64,000 nt of DNA from Glycera tridactyla. Taxonomy: Eukaryota. The notes beneath the pieces are model-generated. The model had not been told where the DNA came from. It searched no databases and saw only the letters and a program-made list of their open reading frames with translations. Both the position numbers and the translations under genes were made by a program. Every line of letters begins with the position of its first letter. Within the stretch, counting starts at the first letter, position 1. The stretch spans positions 90,706,001-90,770,000 of the forward strand of contig OZ286459.1 of NCBI GenBank assembly GCA_965644265.1, read 5' to 3'. Of this stretch, positions 39,301-54,300 are shown in pieces.

Positions 39301-42300
39301 TTCAAAGTGAATGTCTCACGCACATCGATGGCTCATGACTACCATCAAAATGTTGAATTTAATCGGTTTACTCACCCTGCTCATAGAATTTCACGAGTAA
39401 TGCATTGTCGCTGTAAATGTAACATGTGCACGAACTGGGACAGATGAAGCAGTAATAGCCTCCGATCTCTTCTCCAACGTCACATCCACATGTTTCTACA
39501 ATGAAAACAGTCATGGCTGTGGTGAAAGAGTGACGTAGTTCATGGGGCAGTTAAGACAAATGTAGTAAATAAATGAATGAATCTTTTATTCAAAGTCAAA
39601 TAGGCAGAGGGGTATAAAGACCACTTCTGTCCCTTATAGAGAACACAAATAAAATTACGAGAGATTGAGTAAAAGTATCGTGCCAGTATAGTAAGCAGAA
39701 TGACAAGATATTCTGTAAGGTTACTCAACACACATCAAAGGCTGAGGGAGGAGAATGAGAAAAATCTTCCTAGTGTGTATTGTTGGTGATAGTGCTGGCT
39801 TGGACCATAGTAGATGGAGGACCGTAGAAGGTGGTAGTGGGATGTATGCGGTTTTATGTTGGTGATGGTTGTGCTGTGACGGCGGAGGGGATTGGCGACT
39901 TACAACTTTCTGATGAATAGCCCAAGACCATGAATCAGAGAGTGATGAGATATTCGTCTTACCTGTGGATGCCCCATTGACAAATGTGATTGAATCGTCT
40001 TCAAAAGCTATGTAATTCTCTGTATCACTCGCATTTGAGTGGGTGAGGAATGTCTTATTAGATAGTGCCTCATCGTACGAGCATCCTTGTGCTGAAATCA
40101 CACATAAGTAAAAAACATTAAGATCATGTTCCAGAACGTGTTTGTTTGGAAGAAGTTGATGTTGCTAGTGCTACTGCGAAAGCCATCTCTCAGGAGTCAT
40201 AGTCATTCTGTTTTGAGTTATTGTATCCAGAGTAGCTATCTTGGCGATAGAGGCTGGGGATTTATTCGACTTTACCAGGTCGATGCCATACTGATAAAGA
40301 TCAGAATCTCCCCATGATACCTTGTCTGGAACCGAGTGCTCAACCTGATGATCAGTCTGTCCCTCTGCAGAAGTGGGGCGAGGGTTATTCACCGTGGACT
40401 TGTCAACCAAGCAGAATTCTTTCTGCGGGAAGCTGAGGTTGATGGTCACGCACGCTCAGGAATTGAACCAAGCAATAGGTCCAGATCATCCATTGGGCTA
40501 TCATGACTCCTACTAAAGAAGCCTGATTCCGATCCCAAATGACATTGGCTTTTTAAAAGTTACACGGACAGTGTCAAATATATGTAAGACTACTGATGTA
40601 ATCTCACTTTGCGATTGACAGGTGCTCTACCCAATTCAATATCAAGTTATCAAGTCAACCTCATGGCGTGATCCACACATTAATCCTTTCTGTAATAACC
40701 GATACCTGAGCAATGCCATCAAGATGTCGCTTATTTGTAAGAATTTCTGTAATAATCGTATCTGATCTAACATAACATGAGCAATCCAACTCACCGATCT
40801 TGTGAGGATTAACATTAGGCAACCCCAAGATAGTGTCTGCTATATTGGTCCCTGTGTAGTCATCAGATCGGGCCTAAGATGTAGATTTGGCGATGAAACA
40901 GTGATTTATAACGACAGATGGATGTAGTATCCAATTCCTTTTCCTGTGATTGTTGCATTCATTGGCCGAAAGAACTGAGTTATCGCTGACGAAAATTGAG
41001 CAAAGGCGAGTAGTCACTAATGATGTGTATCTCGAGTGTCATCATAAATTGGCAGCCACACTACATGAAGCAGTGGGCACCACCAGAAGCAGTTGCCAAA
41101 CACAAAATGGCGAGCTAAATATGCTAGAATTTCTGACACGACGATTTAAATGCTCTTCCGCAGGAAAACTGCTGATAGAATCGACATTTCGCACGTGGAA
41201 ATGATGAAGATCAAGCTCAGAATTATCATAAACCAGGTCATATGACCCCGGCACATGTGCCTGCATTTTTGCAGCTCTCCGAAGTCATGAAACGAGTGAC
41301 AGCTCTTTTGAGATGACAAATCCCCTGTTGCCTGTATTGCTACTATTGAAGGTACAGGTACTGTTTTGGTAATAGAACTTCAAGCATCCAATCAAATTTG
41401 AGTCTACAAATTTCCATGACAAGATTTATGAGCTGCATCTCGGCATTGGCTGAGCGCTCAATGTCTACATCCACTTACAGTTTAGCATCCGTAAATCTAA
41501 AGATGGACATGTAAAACGAGGGACAATACATGCAGTGATGGACGGTCCCTGGCCTGGTCATCTATTTGGTACATTTGGTAATTTAGACTTCTGTAGAAGT
41601 GATTACATGAGAGGCACACATGGTCAACAAGTGTCACCTTCTCACAATAAATGGACTTGGAGGTCATATTAGATGTACACATCGACATGTATAGCACACA
41701 TAACTACATCAATTACATGAGCACAACCAGTGGATATGCGAGTGACAATATGGTAGATAAGAAAGAAGGTGGAAAGATCATCACCCATGTCGATGGCAGC
41801 AAGAAATCATCTAATATGGTTGCCAGAAGAAAAGAGTGGGGATGGAATTGGTTGTACTATGTCATGGTATTGGGTACTACAGCAGAATATAGTGAATAAT
41901 CGTTTATATACCCTTACATATTAGTCACTTGTTGTTACCGACAAAATGATGCAGCGAATGTCACAATACAATCAGTTTCACAGGAGACAAGACTTATCAA
42001 AAAACAATATTCTACAGTTTTCAGAGTTGATGTAGATGCATTGGAACAGCTCGGAAGAGTATATCAAGGTCAACTAATCAGACAAGACGTTGAGTTGGGA
42101 TGAGACACACCCAATACCACAATCCAGAAATGGAATACATATGTCTCGAATTCCCCATGAATTAGATACCTCTCCTTCAGATATTTTGACCATGGAATGG
42201 TGTAGTAATACAAAATACATATTTGCATGAGGCACCAAAAAGCCGGATGGTCAATATACATTCTTCATGAAAAACCATAAATGAAACTATTTCTTTCAGT

Positions 42301-45300
42301 GAATACTGGGCTACATATGTTGTGCATCTATTCTTATAGGTACATGATGCTTGTATTATTATAATATACTACATAATTCTGCAAGTATTGTAGGTTGATG
42401 ATATAAATCAATATTGCAGTCTTCCAAATATTAGGTAGTCTCTGTTGTATTACCTGTCACAGTCGTCCCTGTATTCATCTCCTCTGTAAAATGAAAATCC
42501 AAGTCATATGAGCATGGTACAAACAGGTGTGCCTCATATGCGCTCACGTGGTAGAATACTTGGGCCTAAAATTTTGCACTTGGTGGGCCATTGATCAAGA
42601 ACACCTATCTTCCACGCTGGTATGGTAGACCGACCACATGATGCAACAAATGTCGGAATGCAATTGGTTTTACACCTGGGTAATGATATATATGACAACT
42701 TACTGACTGGACAATATTATGTGTTACATGCTCCAGAATCTATAAAGAGGCATTTCAATAGCACGGGAAAAGTACAGAAAGATCATCTGACCAGTAAGCC
42801 TAATGAGTTGGGATTACTCTTTGGGCAGGAATGGTAGTGACCAGAAAGACGTGGTGACTGGAATATTGGGTATTGTCACAAGATTGACGGTAAATTTGAA
42901 CATACGTACTACTATGGTTTTGTTCAGTTGGTCTTGAGAAAGTCATATTTCATTCAATATCTCTGCAAAGTATTGATCCAGAATACATGCCTATCGTATG
43001 ATATATCAGCACGGAGAGATGAATATTACCCAGGACATATCAAGACAGAAGCATTTTCATTGCCCCATATATTTGAATTATCAGAGGCCATTCCGATCAT
43101 GAAACATATTATGAGCAGAAGTGTTGGAAATATGAGGATGCATAGGAAAGCTCATGGCAATATGAAATATTTCAACCCCACACAGGGATACTACTTCGTT
43201 CATTTGAACGAGATCCCAGCCACTTCTTTTGTACATCCGATTCATAATAGTACTTGACCTTCCAAAGCATAATCACTTATACTGAATCATATTTCAAGTA
43301 TGATAGGTTGATTGGAGACATTCTTGCTGTCTTCAAAATACGAGTTAATTCAATAGCCAATGCAAGCTTTTGGCTAGAAGCATGAGGACTGATCTAATCT
43401 TGATGGGAGATTTGTTCTCGCGAAGTATTGTTGCTTCTCCCTGTTGTCATCAAGCAACTTGCACAAATTCCATATTTCATTGAACATTTCTACATAGTGC
43501 ATTTCTACATTTCTGCATTGTTCGGGTCACTAAGGTCAAATTATATGGACAAACGACATCATCAGTGTTGCAGTCCACCAAATATAGGAGAGTTTATCTA
43601 TTACCTGTCACAGTCGTTTCTGTGTTCTGTTCATCTGTAAAATGAAAGCAAATGACAGTAATATAGTAGCTAGAATTTCAAGATTGGTATTGCTTTAGAA
43701 TTGCTTCAAAAGTCTAGATCAATGGTGGAAACTTTTGCAATATTGGTGACCAACAGAACCAATGTAATTGTTGAACCAGAATTTGGATCTTGATTCGATT
43801 CTTGTTGAAAATTGAATGCTGAATAGTCAATACTGTGCAGTGATTCTGTCTCATAATATTATCGTGATACGTTGTTTGGTAAACTTACTTATCTCTCTGG
43901 ATCCTATTTGATGGAATCCATAGTCGCCAAATAGACATAAATGACTATACATCCCCTTTCTGTCTGAGCAGATTACAATAGGTCGCCCAATCATGATAGC
44001 CTTTGCAAACTAAAAGATGTTCACAACTTAGTCACAAGAGTCGCATCAGACAAAAAGATATTTTATCGCATCCTGATATGCCGACTAGAGTGTGTGTGAT
44101 TCCCATATCAATTCCCCAATCATCGGAGCCTTTGCAAAATATAAGATGTTCACAACTTAGTCACAAGAGTCGCATCAGACAAAAATATATTTTATCGCAT
44201 CCTGAAATGCCGACTCGAGTGTGTGTAATCGCCATATCAGTTCCCCTATCATTCAGAACTCAGGAGGAAACTTCTTAATTGATTCCTCCAATGCACATCG
44301 CAATATGTACTGGACAGAGCTCATGAGATATAAACTGACCAATGAACAAACTCACCGAGTGATATGGTTGTCCGAAATGGTGAGAGAGTTTCAGAAAAGC
44401 ATATTCTTACATGATATCGCATCTGCCGAGCGATATTTGATTCGTTGTGATTCATCTGTCGTTAATGAAGAAATCGTCATGACAATAGAGTAGCATCGGC
44501 TATAATCGCTGAGATAGATGACATGGCTGAAATACTGCAGATTAATTCCATTTTACCATGAAATTATCCAATATTTCGTACATGATGGTGATATAGATAT
44601 GTGCATATCTATTCCATTTCTACCATGATATGGATGGATGCATATGCTCAACCCGCTGGTCATAAGCATGATTCACGACTTCTGTAAATCATCCAATATT
44701 TCTGACACTGTAGTGATATTCAATAAATCCTTATCGTATGACGAATCAGCATACAGGGGTGTTGAGTTATAAGTACAAGTTATGAGCAAACTCGCATACA
44801 GCATACAGAGCTGACAGACGAGCAGTGCATGCACTGCATTGTTTTCAGTAAGTGTGGTCATTCTCTTTATAAATGACGTGAACGAATGAAATGCGATTAG
44901 CATGATGTACAAGATACGTTCAGGGATTGAAGAACAAAGTGAATGCCAGGATGAGGTACATAACAGATAACATGGATGCAAGATCACCAGAATGGTAGCA
45001 CGAATAATCAGCAATGAAATCATGCACTTGAGGACTAATCTCTGTCCTAGGTTGGACATTATCTGTCACTGTAAGAAATATTAGTATATGTCGAGTTTGA
45101 TGTCCTGCATGAGTATGGAATGCTGTCAACAGCATATGGCCCATTCATGCCAGTCCAGGTGCCTTGATAAGGCAAATGGTAATATGAGTATGGGAGATTG
45201 ACACTTCTTGCTATTGTTACCGTCCGTCAAATATAGATTTTGTAAAGTTACCTGTCACAGTCGATTCTGTGTTCAGTTCACCTATGAAATGGAATCAGAA

Positions 45301-48300
45301 AACAATAATTCAGTACCATGAGTTGCAAAATGCACATTTCTCGTCAGTAATGCCCTGAGACGGTTGTTTTTAGATCCAGAGTGATAAACACCGAAATGTC
45401 GATGACACAAATCACCAATGCAAGTATATAGAGGGGGAGCTTCATCCTCACTTTCTGTCCGACCAGAAACAGGTCCCTAAAAATCCAACATACAGGTGGA
45501 TGTAGTGACAATGAGGAATAGAATTCATTCTCCCTTGATATTGTATTCCCTGTACATATATAATATGGGCAAACATAGTTGCCAACATCCATACAAGTTA
45601 TCACATTTATCACAAAGAAGAGGTATGCTACCTATCCCATTTCCACCTAGATCTGGAACCCAGTAAGTTATATGGTCAAGTGCTGAGACAAATGTGCAAA
45701 TACATTATCATTTGTCCCTTTCAATACATTCCTTTTACTGTAATGCTTTACTCAGGTAGAATGCATGAATGGATGAGAATATTACCATCAGACCTAATGG
45801 CTGATTACACCAAAATTCTGACACAGATTCAAAGTTATATTCATCTCAAATAAGAATGGGATTGAAATCTCCTCTAAAGTCATTTCTGTGATGAAATTGA
45901 GATCTTTGATGAGCACGAATGCATGGCAATTGTGAGTGTCCGAGTTGGCATCACCAAAAAAATTGATATAAGAGAAATTTGAATGACCATCTGCCATGGG
46001 TTCCAATGGTACGGTGTGGCATGCATGACATTAGATGACGCGACCCTAAATCACATGACCAGATGCTGAATTGGTATCACTTTGGGCACCAATGTATGGC
46101 ACCAATGTGTGGTATCGAATCATGAGGAGATAGACAGCAAGCTGGATCCTTTGATGTCCCACTCACAGTGCAGACCGGAAGTTGGACCTGATTGACATCT
46201 GGAAGGATGTGCTTCAAAGTCGTTTTTGTACATCAACCGTAGGTATAAGTCATTTCGGTGAGGAATATTAGGTGCAGAATTGTAAGTCTGCAGCTCTTGC
46301 CTGTCCATATACTCAAAAATGCCACACTATGAGCCTTGGAAAGCCAATCGAGAGTGAGTAGATCATGGTGCAAGTATGGTAGATATATTAACGTCGTTGA
46401 TGCAATCGATCAAGTGTAAAGGATGTTCTGTTTGAATTTGGTCTGAATTGCATCTGGAAAAATGTACTTGAAGATGTTTTCGCACATTGATCGTACGTGT
46501 AAGTAATGAATTCTGTGAAGAATGTTAAGTGCGTAATTGTCAGTATGCAACTCATGCCTGTCCATTGGAGCCGCAATCAAGAGTAGGTAGATTATAATGC
46601 AAGCATGGTAGACAGATTCTTGTTATTGATGCAATCGTTCAAGTGTGAAAGAGTTTCTGTGTTTGGTTCAGCTGTACAATAAATCAGTTCACAGATCACA
46701 GATATATAGTACTGAACGATCAACAAATGGATATCGAATGTGACTTATGGATATCTAATATGACTTAAATGTAGATGTCATAGTTTTCTGTCCAGCATGA
46801 GAATGACAGATAGAAGGGGTGACAAACAGCATCCCTTCCATTTCATTAGTTTGGGTGCAATCAATCATCCATCCCGAATACATTTTTTCGAGCGAATACC
46901 GAAGCCATGTATAGCTTGCGTGCAAACGACTCCAACGTATAATAGCAATTTCCCCACATAATGTTCCAAAGAACGGGTAGATATTACAAATATGATATGT
47001 TGACGGTTCAGGTCATTATTTCATTCTGCCAAATATAAGGTATCTCTTCAGTATATTACCTGTCACAGTCGTTTCTGTGTTCATCTTGTCTGTGAAAACA
47101 AATGGAAAAGGAATATACCAACGAAAACTTTACAACTGGATATTTCATGTGAAGTGCCTCCCGATTATTGTATCTGGATTGGTGTTCAAAATTACACTAC
47201 ATTGGTCACTGAGAGCACCGATTTGAGTCTGGAGGTACAATATTGTGTACTGTCATTTTGTAGTGAAACTATGGATCACTTAATTGACCGATATTCATCA
47301 GGCCTCTAGTCTAGAGCCATATGATGATTGAGGTCCCTGCTATAGTCATCTATTTCATTCTGCCAAATAAGAGATATCTCTTCAGTGTATTACCTGTCAC
47401 GGTCGTTTCTGTGTCCATTTCGTCTGTGAAGAGAAAGGGAAAAGATATATATCAACAAAAACTCTACAAATGAATATTCCATGTGAAGTGCCTCCGATTA
47501 TTGTATCTGGATTCGTATTCAAAATTACACTACACTGGTCACTGAAACCACCGATGTAAATCTGGAGGTACAATATTGTGTACTGTCATTTCGCAGTGAA
47601 ACTATGGATCATCAAATTGACCGATATTCACAGGGCCTCTAGTTAGAACCGTATGATGATTGAGGTCCCTGCCATAGTCTATCAAAGGTAGGTTTCATCA
47701 CATTACCTGTCACATTTGTCTCTGTGTTCATTTCATTCTCAAAATCATTTCAAACCATTTGAGTACACCACCAAAAATTGGGTTTCGTTATGTGATTATT
47801 GCACCTGCCTTTCGGAATGAGTTGAGATGGTGTGTGACTGATCCATTCTCATGGTAAATTTAAAATTGTGTGATATCATTTTCCCTACCACTAGTTTTCA
47901 AACAGAATTTACGTTCAGCATATGAAAATTCAGCTAGAGAAAGTCAGGAAGATGTATATGACAGAAAATTTGATTGCTAGAATAGTAGCATGGATAGTCA
48001 ACAATGAACCAATATGTTCTCGAAGTTGGAAACTATTTCCATTGTGACGCATACTAGTATGTGTCATGGATCATTTCCAGCATGAGTATGTATGCTCACG
48101 CCACGCCACTTTAGGTGCCTTGAAAATGCAACTGATGGTGGCTAGATGATAATACGAGTATGAAAGGTTGATGATTTTCGTCATCATTACAGTCTGTCAA
48201 ATATAGAATTTGTTATATTACCCGTCACAGCCGACTCCGTATTCAGTTCATCTGTAAAAAGAAGTTGGATGGAAGAAATATACCAAGAGTTTCAAAATGC

Positions 48301-51300
48301 AAAATTGAAGAACTTCATCCTCACATTCTATCTGAGCAGAATACACGTCCCTCACATCAAAAATTCGGATGGCTAGAATGGCATTGAGGTATAGGATTTG
48401 TTCTTAATTAAGGATGAATGAGGCAATTTTATAAAAATTTGCCACATCCTTGAAATTTCATATGATTATTTCTAGTGAGGTATAGATCAGATTTCCTGAA
48501 AAAAAAGTTGGGGTCACCAGGCTCGTTTTTCAGCTGTAGCTATTTATATAATAGTCGAAATATTGAGAAACTACAAAAAATGCCAAGATACAGTTTCATC
48601 AAGAAATATTACATAAACACCATATTTTAATCAATCAAACCTCTTATTTATTTTGTCTTGTATCCTAATGCAACATGAATTGGAAAATTCACATGGAGAA
48701 AATGTTTTTCACGATAAAAAAGACCCAATAGTCCACGGAAACCATTGAAAAAAATCACTGAAAAATCACAAATCACCCTAAAGACCATAGAGGAATATTT
48801 GCTGGATTCAATTTTTTTCATTCATTTTGTGGTTCATTACTGGACAATCAAAATAAGTGAAAAAAAATTGCATGTCACCAGATCCGTTTTTTTGCTAGCC
48901 GGTGTTGAAAATGTTATTGAATTATGCCAAAAATGATGAAATATAGCAGAAATATGAAAAAATTCAACATAGCCATCTCAAAATTGGTAGGTGTCTTGCC
49001 AGATCTCAGGCAATCATACCCACAAAATTTCACTTCAAAATAACTGAAACTTTCTGAGTTATCATCCGGAAACCATCATTCCCCCACCCATCTACTCAAG
49101 CACACAGCCACCAACCAATACCAGGGTCAATTTTGGAAAAATCTCCCGTTTGGTGTTCACACATGTTTGGGCATGAAAATAATGCAGTATTTGTTTGAAG
49201 GACAGTGATAGAGGTATCTAGGAAGGTGGGCAAGTCACCTACTAGTGTTATGCCATATGTGCCAGTCAGGGAACCAGAAAAACTCCCTGCTGCATCCTTA
49301 AAGGAGATTAGATTTGATAATTTCATTCATTTTGGCGCGATATACGGGTATATCGTGTTACAGTAGTCATACAAGGATGTGACTTGAGAAAAGTATAGAA
49401 TCTTTGCAAGCTTTTGGTCAATGAGCGGCTGAAGTCTGTTTAGAAATTTCACTTTGGAAATGGTTTTTTGATGGATATGTTTGGCATGTCTTTTGAAAGT
49501 GAGCTTCTCATCAAATATATTCAGTCTGGCTGCTCCATGTCATCATCCCCGACTACTGTATCACAATATTCTGAGAGAACCTGAGACTGACCAAAGATCA
49601 AGTAATTTGGCATTGAGGGTGATTTTGTTACACAATAGCTATTGAGACACCTTATCTAGGTCATTTTGCAGCCTGTTTTCTCAATCAATCTCACTTTACA
49701 AGAATGTTAGTGTCGTCTGGGTATGTCATCTACATATAACGCGTCTAATTATAGAAGTCCACATATAACCATGAACATATGACGGGAGCACATACAATGA
49801 ACTTATTATCGTTACCAACATATATAGAACTTATTACATTTAGCACACAGAAGAGGACAGGACAAAACAGGAAAGGGAAGCTCACTATCGCATTTACCAT
49901 CAAGTGGCTTCTTTTGACATGAGGTGTAATCAGTGTGAAGTTGTCATTAGGCACTTATATTCAAAATTGCTGTCATAATCCATCAAAAATACGTTGGAAT
50001 GAGATAGTATGTTAATCGTCACGTGATTGGATGATATCCTCATGTAATATACCTCGAATGCTCCATTCGTTGAGATACGAAATTGGTCAATGTTAAAACC
50101 ATTATTAAAGCATCACTATACCAGCGTTATTGGTCTACTCCATACCAGGTTCAGTAACTATGACAATGATTCAGCAAGGGTGAAAAAACATCATCGATAT
50201 GCAACTTTACATGTCTGCTGTCATTTTGTCTATGAAAAGCAAATTCACCGAAAGTTATACAGTCGGACCTGCTCTAAAGACCACTTCTCTATAAAGACCA
50301 CCTCTCTACAAACGTCACCCTGAAATGGGACTGTGAAGGCCACCTGCCTATAAATGCCACTTTTTGATGCAACCGAAGGCAGTTCTCATAGACCGGTTTT
50401 ACATTATGTGCAATCCTGTAGCAACATCATTTGTACCTTCGGTTTTACCAAGTCGAATCAGTGACCTACCTACTGCTCCCAAAATACATGATATGCTACA
50501 ATACCATCTGCCTTTCAGGTTGCATCTAAAGCAGTATATTCTATATGCCATGAGGTCAAGTGCTGAGACAAATGGGCTACTGAATCTATATACATCTCCT
50601 ATGAATCACAATCCAATGATACTTTGATCCCGGTACATGATACTGTTTGAATGATGTCTGGATCATGTGAGCCTGACAGGCTGAAATATATTATCTGCCT
50701 CAGTGGATTATTTGAGAACTGAAGTACCACGCATCAACGAAATATGATCAGTGATTGATATGGGTAGAAACCAAAAGGCTGATTACACCAATATTCTAAC
50801 CCAGATTCAGAATTATATTTTGCTAGAGGTTAGGATACCGTCTAAAGTCAGTTTGGTAATGTCACCGAGATGTGGGAGGGTCGCAAGTACATAGCACATA
50901 GGGGCAAGTGGCTGACACTATCCCATTATTAGGTATCACGAAGAAATTGAACATGAGTGAAAACTGAATGAGCATCTGCCTTATTTCTTCAGTGGACGAG
51001 GATGCCATATATATCATGAAATGAAATCTTGAAATCTGACTCAGTCCTAGACCACAAGACCAGATGCAGAATCAAACTCACATTAGGAGACAATGTGTGA
51101 AACAATACTCTCGAATTTGGAATAAATGGACAGCATGCTGGATGCATTCATGTCACAGCCACAGAGCACAATGGACAGTGGCCTGACTGACATCTGACAG
51201 GAGGTACTTCAAAATGTTATTGTACATCGACTGATGTGCCGCCTACTGACATAATCAAGGTACTTTATTTCAGTTCTGCACTGTCCAGTCATGTGATATA

Positions 51301-54300
51301 GAAAATTGATATGGCAGATTGTGATCGTATAGTATCATAGTTATGGACAAGCAAAGGCACCTATCAAACAAAACACTCACTCTTATTTCTGAGTAGCTGG
51401 GAACAATCTGACAGGGTTTAATGAAATATGACCGGGTTAAATGGAATTAAACTAGATCATGTGGTGGAATATTGCCTGCCAAACTCAGATATCTTGTCAG
51501 TAATCAGATTGGATTGTTAGGAGAGTAAGTGGTGAGCTGCAAAAATATCTCCGACAAGTGACGGAGATATGGCTGTCTGAAATTCTCAGAGCGAGGAAGT
51601 ATGACACACATTTCACATATCTCCTTCATAAAATGGACTGATACAAATACATCTTTTTTGAATGGGTGAATGATCAATGATAAATGGACGCAATTTTTCA
51701 TGACATAATTACATAATATACAGTTTTGAATTGTAGAGAAGATTCATGACAATCTCAGCCAATGCCGTCGATTTGGTGAGGTGAGAGGTGAGATCACAGC
51801 GAGGAGGATCACAACAGAGGCAGTACCGTCATGTGCTTTGGGAGCGTGTGGGTAGGAATGTACTGCATGGGATCTGCGTGTGAATACACACACCAGCATA
51901 TCATCGATTCTGCCGCCAATTGACTGAGTTTGACTATGATCATTTGGTTCTGTATGTGGTGGCAATGTTTGGTATCTTCCCCATCTTTCAGGGAAACCCA
52001 TTCCCTTCCTCACCTAATGTTAGGGCATGAATCAGTACTACAAGCTTCAAATTTGGGTCCGCAGAGTGACGTGACAGTAGGTCAGAATGACAGAACATGG
52101 CCTCCAATTCTACCTCAAAAGTTTCCACACAGTGGTGGATCCAACAAATGTTATGCGATAATGTGTGTACCTGAAGCAGATACTGAGAAAGACTATGCAA
52201 CACATTGGGAGTTTAAATTCTCATACATAAGGGACTGTTTGTATGCAGTCCTGGGTGCCATGATTGATAGGTGGTAGTTTGCTGTACATAACTGGATGCT
52301 ACACCGCTGTCTACCCAGAACTGTAAAGCCAATTACAGTGACTGCCCCAAAAGTTTCTGAAAATGACTAACCTATAGATCTATGATGGAAAATACAACAA
52401 TGTTTGTGACTCCAAAATTGACACGTACATGCAATAGTTTTTTCACTCAATATATGGAGTGCCGACGGAAGCATCATTCTAACCAGTGCCACACTTAGAA
52501 AGGCAATTGATAGTAAGTAGACTATAATGCAGATACGTTAGATACATTCTTGTCATTGATGCAATCAGATAAATGTGAAGAAATATCTGTCTCATCACCT
52601 GTCACAGTCGTTTCCGTGTTTGTTTCATCTGTAGAACAAAATCAATTGGCAGATATATAGCACCGAAAGATCAACAAATGGATATCCGTTTCTAGATCTG
52701 TGATGAAATGATATAGAAAATTCGTGATCCAATATGGAGTGCCATCAACAGCTTCACTTTTACTAATGCTACACTGAGAACCTTTGGAAGTCAATTGATC
52801 TCGAGTCAATTATAATGCAAGTATGGTAGATACCTACTAGTCATTAAGGCAAAGTGGAATGGTACAGCATTGTTTTGACTCAAATGTAGATGACATCATG
52901 TCCTGTCCAGCTCGCACAAAGATACGCCTAAAGCCTTTGCTCTTGTGCAAAATAGTCTGGCGTGTAATACCATCTTTCCAAAATAATGCACCAGATTAAC
53001 TGGTTAATGTTACAGGTATGATCGGTTGAAGGTGTAAGTCATTATTCTTAGTGTATCACCTGTCACAGTCGTTTCTGTGTTCATTTCGTCTGTGAAATCA
53101 AATGAAAAAAAAATATATCAACAAAAATTATACGAATGGATATTCGATGAGCTGTGGAAGACCTGACTTCACAAGATTCGTAATTGATTTGTTGTAATGA
53201 CTGTGAACATGTCGGATACAGGTGTCATGAATAGAAACTACCAACTGACAATATGCCCATATTCAAGGTGATTCATCACACTTCTCTTCTCTGCACATAA
53301 GGGCCCCTCATCTGTAATTCACCATTCTACACAGTATATAATATTGGTCTGCTGTTCAGATGAATTCCTGTATTTTCATTCACTTCACCACCTCAATTGG
53401 ACTGATGATAGAATCTGGACAGTATGTGATCTTGTAAGAACTATGGTATGCAGTGCGAAAACATGCAGCAAACAAAAAATGATTGTCGTATCTACATCTA
53501 AAATGAGAAAGTACAGCAACGTTTTGACCCAAATTACGATGAGATAGCTTTCCATCCAGCTTGCGTCTGTGTCTCGACAAACATCGTCTATTATATCTTA
53601 TCGAAGTCAAGGTGTCTGTGAATGCATCGGATAATCCAAGATATCGAAAATACATTACTTTCAATGAATACCCGAGACATTGCTTTGTACAAACAGTTCT
53701 GGCACCTAATACTATTTTCCCAGATTTTACAGGTATGATTGGCTGGAGGTTGAATTCCTCTCGGTCTGCCAAATGTAAGATTTTTTGTGTGTTTTACCTG
53801 CCATAGTTGTTTCTGTGTTCGTTTCGTCTGTGAAAAGAAATGAGAAAGAAATATATAAACAGAAATCATAGAAATGGATGACTGTGAATCTGGCAAATGT
53901 GAAATTCGAGGATCCACAAGAAGTCCAAGAAGATCACTCACGAATTCTGTATTTCATTCAATATATGTAGTAATACAGTATGTATACTTGTGTCAGCCTC
54001 ACACTTTTTAATGGCACACTGTCCATTTTCGAACATATTATTGCCATGGATGAGGCTATGTCATCCATAGTTGATATGAAAAAGTCTCAAATTCAATGAT
54101 GTAGGAAGTGCGTTTGATAGTGGAGAGTACGTAAAAGTCGCTAATTAATGATGCTAGAAAGGGAATGGTGGATGCATAAGAGCCAATGGCATTAATGAAT
54201 AGTGCAACCAATTGATGAGGAAGATGGCATACTTTTGTTCTGGAACCAGCAATTGTGAGTGCATTGAACAGTGGTGATACTTCCTTAGCAGCAAGCTGCA

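Noticed and set aside
40795-40874. Candidate linker exon with a gtgagt donor upstream of block 2
   Set aside because: The best acceptor gives phase 0, and the phase-1 acceptor lacks a polypyrimidine tract. No similarity to other exons.
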